Part shown: in pieces, positions 57,101-64,000 of the stretch
How the letters are laid out: each line of letters starts with the position of its first letter
Numbering within the stretch: the first letter of the stretch is position 1
NCBI RefSeq assembly: GCF_009914755.1
Contig: NC_060925.1
DNA length: 64,000 nt
Direction: 5' to 3' (one strand)
Source of the DNA: the human T2T-CHM13v2.0 reference genome, Homo sapiens
Translations under genes and position numbers: made by a program
The notes under the pieces: model-generated
What the model saw: the letters and a program-made list of their open reading frames with translations, nothing else
Databases searched by the model: none
What the model was told of the DNA's origin: nothing

Positions 57101-60100
57101 TCGAATGGAATCGAATAGAATTATGGAATGAAATCCAGTGTGATCATCATCGAATGGACCCGAATGGAATCATGATCCAACGGAAGCTAATGGAATCAAC
57201 ATCGAATGAATCGAATGGAAACACCATCGAATTGAAACGAATGGAATTATCATGAAATTGAAATGGATGGACTCATCATCGAATGGATTCGAAAGGAATC
57301 ATCGAATAAAATTGATTGAAATCATCATCGAATGGAATCGAATGGTATCATTGAATGGAATCGAATGGAATCATCATCAGATGGAAATGAATGGAATCGT
57401 CATAGAATGGAATCGAATGGATTCATTGAATGGAATCAGATGGAATCATCGAATGGACTGGAATGGAATCATTGAATGGACTCGAAAGAGATCATGATTG
57501 AATGGAATTGAATGGAATCATCGAATGGTCTCGATTGGAATCATTATCAAATGGAATCGAATGGAATCACCGAATAGAATCGAATGGAACAATCATCGAA
57601 TGGACTCAAATGGAATTATCCTCCAATGGAATCGAATGGAATTATCGAATGCAATCGAATGGAATTATCGAATGCAATCGAATAGAATCATCGAATGGAC
57701 TCGAATGGAATCATCGAATGGAATGGAATGGAACAGTCAATGAACTCGAATGGAATCATCATTGAATGGAATCGAATGGAATCATCGAGTGGAATCGAAT
57801 GGAATTATGATCAAATGGAATCGAATATAATCATCATCAAATGGAATCAAAAATAACCATCATCAATTGGTATTGAATGGAATTTTCATCAAATGGAATT
57901 CAAAGGAAACATCATCTAATGGAACCGAATGGAATCCTCATTGAATGGAAATGAAAGGGGTCATCATCTAATGGAATTGCATGGAATCATCATCAAATGG
58001 AATCGAATGGAATCATCATCAAATGGAATCTAATGGAATCATTCAACAGAATTGAATGGAATCGTCATCGAATGAATTGAATGCAATCATCGAATGGTCT
58101 CGAATGGAACCATCTTCTAATGGAAAGGAATGGAATCATCGCATAGAATCGAATGGAATTATCATCGAATGGAATCGAATGGTATCAACACCAAACGGAA
58201 AAAAACGGAATTATCGAATGGAATCGAAGAGAATCTTCGAACGGACCCGAATGGAATCATCTAATGGAATGGAATGGAATAATCCATGGACTCGAATGCA
58301 ATCATCATCGAATGGAATCGAATGGAATCATCGAATGGACTCGAATGGAATAATCATTGAACGGAATCGAATGGAATCATCATCGGATGGAAACGAATGG
58401 AATCATTATCGGATGGGAATGAAAGGAGTCATCATCTAATGGAATTGCATGGAATCATCATAAAATGGAATCGAATGGAATCAACATCAAATGGAATCAA
58501 ATGGAATCATTGAACGGAATTGAATGGAATCGTCATCGAATGAATTGAATGCAATCATCGAATGGTCTCGAATGGAATCATCTTCAAATGGAATGGAATG
58601 GAATGGAATCATCGCATAGAATCGAATGGAATTATCATCGAATGTAATCGAATGGAATCAACACCAAACGGAAAAAAACGGAATTATCGAATGGAATCGA
58701 AGAGAATCATCGAATGGACCCGAATGGAATCATCTAATGGAATGGAATGGAATAATCCATGGACTCGAATGCAATCATCATCGAATGGAATCGAATGGAA
58801 TCATCGAATAGACTCGAATGGAATAATCATTGAACGGAATCGAATGGAATCATCATCGGATGGAAACGAATGGAATCATCATTGAATGGAATCGAATAGA
58901 ATTATGGAATGAAATCCAGTGTGATCATCATCGAATGGACCCGAATGGAATCATCATCCAACGGAAGCTAATGGAATCAACATCGAATGAATCGAATGGA
59001 AACACCATCGAATTGAAACGAATGGAATTACCATGAAATTGAAATGGATGGACTCATCATCAAATGGATTCGAATGGAATCATCGAATAAAATTGATTGA
59101 AATCATCATCGAATGGAATCGAATGGTATCATTGAATGGAATCGAATGGAATCATCATCAGATGGAAATGAATGGAATCGTCATAGAATGGAATCGAATG
59201 GATTCATTGAATGGAATCAGATGGAATCATTGAATGGACTGGAATGGAATCATTGAATGGACTCGAAAGGGATCATTATTGAATGGAATTGAATGGAATC
59301 ATCGAATGGTCTCGATTGGAATCATTATCAAATGGAATCGAATGGAATCACCGAATAGAATCGAATGGAACAATCATCGAATGGACTCAAATGGAATTAT
59401 CCTCCAATGGAATCGAATGGAATTATCGAATGCAATCGAATGGAATTATCGAATGCAATCGAATAGAATCATCGAATGGACTCGAATGGAATCATCGAAT
59501 GGAATGGAATGGAACAGTCAATGAACTCGAATGGAATCATCATTGAATGGAATCGAATGGAATCATCGAGTGGAATCGAAAGGAATTATGACAAAATGGA
59601 ATCGAATGGAATCATCATCAAATGGAATCAAAAATAACCATCATCAATTGGTATTGAATGGAATTGTCATCAAATGGAATTCAAAGGAATCATCATCAAA
59701 TGGAACCGAATGGAATCCTCATTGATTGGAAATGAAAGGGGTCATCATCTAATGGAATCGCATGGAATCATCATGAAATGGAATCGAATGGAATCATCAT
59801 CAAATGGAATCTAATGGAATCATTGAACAGAATTGAATGGAATCGTCATCGAATGAATTGAATGCAATCATCGAATGGTCTCGAATGGAATCATCTTCTA
59901 ATGGAAAGGAATGGAATCATCGCATAGAATCGAATGGAATTATCATCGAATGGAATCGAATGGTATCAACACCAAACGGAAAAAAACGGAATTATCGAAT
60001 GGAATCGAAGAGAATCTTCGAACGGACCCGAATGGAATCATCTAATGGAATGGAATGGAATAATCCATGGACCCGAATGCAATCATCATCGAATGGAATC

Positions 60101-63100
60101 GAATGGAATCATCGAATGGACTCGAATGGAATAATCATTGAACGGAATCGAATGGAATCATCATCGGATGGAAACGAATGGAATCATCATCGAATGGAAA
60201 TGAAAGGAGTCATCATCTAATGGAATTGCATGGAATCATCATCAAATGGAATCGAATGGAATCAACATCAAATGGAATCAAATGGAATCATTGAACGGAA
60301 TTGAATGGAATCGTCATCGAATGAATTGACTGCAATCATCGAATGGTCTCGAATGGAATCATCTTCAAATGGAATGGAATGGAATCATCGCATAGAATCG
60401 AATGGAATTATCATCGAATGGAATCGAATGGAATCAACATCAAACGGAAAAAAACGGAATTATCGAATGGAATCGAAGAGAATCATCGAATGGACCCGAA
60501 TGGAATCACCTAATGGAATGGAATGGAATAATCCATGGACTCGAATGCAATCATCATCGAATGGAATCGAATGGAATCATCGAATGGACTCGAATGGAAT
60601 AATCATTGAACGGAATCGAATGGAATCATCATCGGATGGAAATGTAAGGAGTCATCATCTAATGGAATTGCATGGAATCATCATAAAGTGGAATCGAATG
60701 GAATCAACATCAAATGGAATCAAATGGAATCATTGAACGGAATTGAATGGAATCGTCATCGAATGAATTGAATGCAATCATCGAATGGTCTCGAATGGAA
60801 TCATCTTCAAATGGAATGGAATGGAATCATCGCATAGAATCGAATGGAATTATCATCGAATGGAATCGAATGGAATCAACATCAAACGGAAAAAAACGGA
60901 ATTATCGAATGGAATCGAAGAGAATCATCGAATGGACCCGAATGGAATCATCTAATGGAATGGAATGGAATAATCCATGGACTCGAATGCAATCATCATC
61001 GAATGGAATCGAATGGAATCATCGAATGGACTCGAATGGAATAATCATTGAACGGAATCGAATGGAATCATCATCGGATGGAAATGAATGGAATCATCAT
61101 CGAATGGAATCGAATAGAATTATGGAATGAAATCCAGTGTGATCATCATCGAATGGACCCGAATGGAATCATCATCCAACGGAAGCTAATGGAATCAACA
61201 TCGAATGAATCAAATGGAAACACCATCGAATTGAAACGAATGGAATTACCATGAAATTGAAATGGATGGACTCATCATCGAATGGATTCGAATGGAATCA
61301 TCGAATAAGATTGATTGAAATCATCATCGAATGGAATCGAATGGTATCATTGAATGGAATCGAATAGAATCATCATCAGATGGAAATGAATGGAATCGTC
61401 ATAGAATGGAATCGAATGGATTCATTGAATGGAATCAGATGGAATCATCGAATGGACTAGAATGGAATCATTGAATGGACTCGAAAGGGATCATGATTGA
61501 ATGGAATTGAATGGAATCATCGAATGGTCTCGAATTGAATCATTATCAAATGGAATCGAATGGAATCACCGAATAGAATCGAATGGAACAATCATCGAAT
61601 GGACTCAAATGGAATTATCCTCAAATGGAATTGAATGGAATTATCGAATGCAATCGAATGGAATTATCGAATGCAATCGAATAGAATCATCGAATGGACT
61701 CGAATGGAATCATCGAATGGAATGGAATGGAACAGTCAATGAACTCGAATGGAATCATCATTGAATGGAATCGAATGGAATCATCGAGTGGAATCGAATG
61801 TAATCATCATCAAATGGAATCAAAAATAACCATCATCAAATGGAATCAAAAATAACCATCATCAATTGATATTGAATGGAATTCTCATCAAATGGAATTC
61901 AAAGGAATCATCATCAAATGGAACCGAATGGAATCCTCATTGAATGGAAATGAAAGGGGTCATCATCTAATGGAATCGCATGGAATCATCATAAAATGGA
62001 ATCGAATGGAATCAACATCAAATGGAATCAAATGGAATCATTGAACGGAATTGAATGGAATCGTCATCGAATGAATTGAATGCAATCATCGAATGGTCTC
62101 GAATGGAATCATCTTCAAATGGAATGGAATGGAATCATCGCATAGAATCGAATGGAATTATCATCGAATGGAATCGAATGGAATCAACACCAAACGGAAA
62201 AAAACGGAATTATCGAATGGAATCGAAGAGAATCATCGAATGGACCCGAATGGAATCATCTAATGGAATGGAATGGAATAATCCATGGACTCGAATGCAA
62301 TCATCATCGAATGGAATCGAATGGAATCATCGAATGGACTCGAATGGAATAATCATTGAACGGAATCGAATGGAATCATCATCGGATGGAAACGAATGGA
62401 ATCATCATCGAATGGAATCGAATAGAATTATGGAATGAAATCCAGTGTGATCATCATCGAATGGACCCGAATGGAATCATCATCCAACGGAAGCTAATGG
62501 AATCAACATCGAATGAATCGAATGGAAACACCATCGAATTGAAACGAATGGAATTACCATGAAATTGAAATGGATGGACTCATCATCAAATGGATTCGAA
62601 TGGAATCATCGAATAAAATTAATTGAAATCATCATCGAATGGAATCGAATGGTATCATTGAATGGAATCGAATGGAATCATCATCAGATGGAAATGAATG
62701 GAATCGTCATAGAATGGAATCGAATGGATTCATTGAATGGAATCAGATGGAATCATTGAATGGACTGGAATGGAATCATTGAATGGACTCGAAAGGGATC
62801 ATTATTGAATGGAATTGAATGGAATCATCGAATGGTCTCGATTGGAATCATTATCAAATGGAATCGAATGGAATCACCGAATAGAATCGAATGGAACAAT
62901 CATCGAATGGACTCAAATGGAATTATCCTCCAATGGAATCGAATGGAATTATCGAATGCAATCGAATGGAATTATCGAATGCAATCGAATAGAATCATCG
63001 AATGGACTCGAATGGAATCATCGAATGGAATGGAATGGAACAGTCAATGAACTCGAATGGAATCATCATTGAATGGAATCATCGAGAGGAATCGAAAGGA

Positions 63101-64000
63101 ATTATGATCAAATGGAATCGAACGTAATCATCATGAAATGGAATCAAAAATAACCATCATCAATTGGTATTGAATGGAATTGTCATCAAATGGAATTCAA
63201 AGGAATCATCATCAAATGGAACCGAATGGAATCCTCATTGAATGGAAATGAAAGGGGTCATCATCTAATGGAATCGCATGGAATCATCATCAAATGGAAT
63301 CGAATGGAATCATCATCAAATGGAATCTAATGGAATCATTGAAAAGAATTGAAGGGAGTCGTCATCGAATGAATTGAATGCAATCATCGAATGGTCTCGA
63401 ATGGAATCATCTTCTAATGGAAAGGACTGGAATCATCGCATAGAATCGAATGGAATTATCATCGAATGGAATCGAATGGTATCAACACCAAACGGAAAAA
63501 AACGGAATTATCGAATGGAATCGAAGAGAATCTTCGAACGGACCCGAATGGAATCATCTAATGGAATGGAATGGAATAATCCATGGACTCGAATGCAATC
63601 ATCATCGAATGGAATCGAATGGAATCATCGAATGGACTCGAATGGAATAATCATTGAACGGAATCGAATGGAATTATCATCGGATGGAAACGAATGGAAT
63701 CATCATCGAATGGAAATGTAAGGAGTCATCATCTAATGGAATTGCATGGAATCATCATAAAATGGAATCGAATGGAATCAACATCAAATGGAATCAAATG
63801 GAATCATTGAACGGAATTGAATGGAATCGTCATCGAATGAATTGAATGCAATCATCGAATGGTCTCGAATGGAATCATCTTCAAATGGAAGGGAATGGAA
63901 TCATCGCATAGAATCGAATGGAATTATCATCGAATGGAATCGAATGGAATCAACATCAAACAGAAAAAAACGGAATTATCGAATGGAATCGAAGAGAATC
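57101..64000 (+). repeat. HSat2 units of mixed type (1776+5, 2218, B-only 1298); the last unit runs off the window edge
   Basis: Unit starts: 58056/58524, 59837/60305/60747, 62055, ~63353/~63821. There is a +5-bp GGAAT at ~58590-58605 and a 10-bp deletion at ~63070-63080. Confidence 0.82.

Larger units (their letters stand above)
1..64000 (+). repeat. Human Satellite 2 (HSat2/HSATII) pericentromeric tandem array, GGAAT strand on +; 1.77-kb unit type (probably 1q12, HSat2A)
   Basis: Continuous degenerate (GGAAT)n with CATCATCGAATGG and ATCGAATGG motifs, diagnostic of HSat2 rather than HSat3. 23/26-bp monomers. No unique sequence and no strand switch. Anchor spacings of 468+1308=1776 bp (206>674>1982; 19526>19994>21302). 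Confidence 0.97.

Noticed and set aside
206-63845. Roughly 190 short + strand ORFs (MESSSNELNAIIEWSRME..., MKLKWMDSS..., up to 177 aa)
   Set aside because: They are low-complexity translations of (GGAAT)n (MEWNG/IEWNR motifs). They overlap in several frames and are freely broken by stops and frameshifts between copies (e.g. 19526, 35979, ~17282). They have no recognisable domains and were used only as positional anchors.
1-64000. CRISPR-like array of 23-26-bp repeats
   Set aside because: There are no unique spacers, leader or cas genes. The intervening sequence is itself satellite and recurs every 468/1308/1776 bp.
1-64000. HSat3 / DYZ1 or alpha-satellite assignment
   Set aside because: Pure GGAAT runs are only 3-4 copies long and CATCATCGA motifs dominate, as in HSat2. 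There is no 171-bp monomer, no CENP-B box and no 3.5-kb DYZ1 period.
1-64000. Inversion breakpoint or embedded Alu/L1/LTR insertion
   Set aside because: The GGAAT orientation is constant throughout. I saw no non-satellite segment, long poly(A) tail or target-site duplication.

Overview
All 64 kb is a single-orientation tandem array of human-type Satellite 2 (HSat2/HSATII). It is built from degenerate GGAAT pentamers organised into 23- and 26-bp monomers (e.g. GAATGGAATCATCATCGAATGGAATC) rich in TCGA/CATCATCGA. The dominant higher-order unit is 1776 bp: a 468-bp module A plus a 1308-bp module B, with one conserved EcoRI site per unit. This matches the classical 1.77-kb EcoRI satellite of 1q12 (pUC1.77/D1Z1); the chromosome assignment is an inference. 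I see no genes, RNA genes, transposons or CRISPR array, and the ORFs are translation artefacts of the repeat. I found no evidence of a new gene-encoded system. What is notable is the nested architecture: a run of ten 1308-bp units with ~2.6- and ~6.54-kb super-periods (2450-15505); a near-identical 7572-bp tandem duplication (~16.95-32.1 kb); recurrent 442-bp and 419-bp module variants; a divergent A* module lineage; length-neutral monomer conversions; and a heavily rearranged zone at 54.6-56.8 kb. All comparisons were made by eye and from ORF-start spacings, not from computed alignments.
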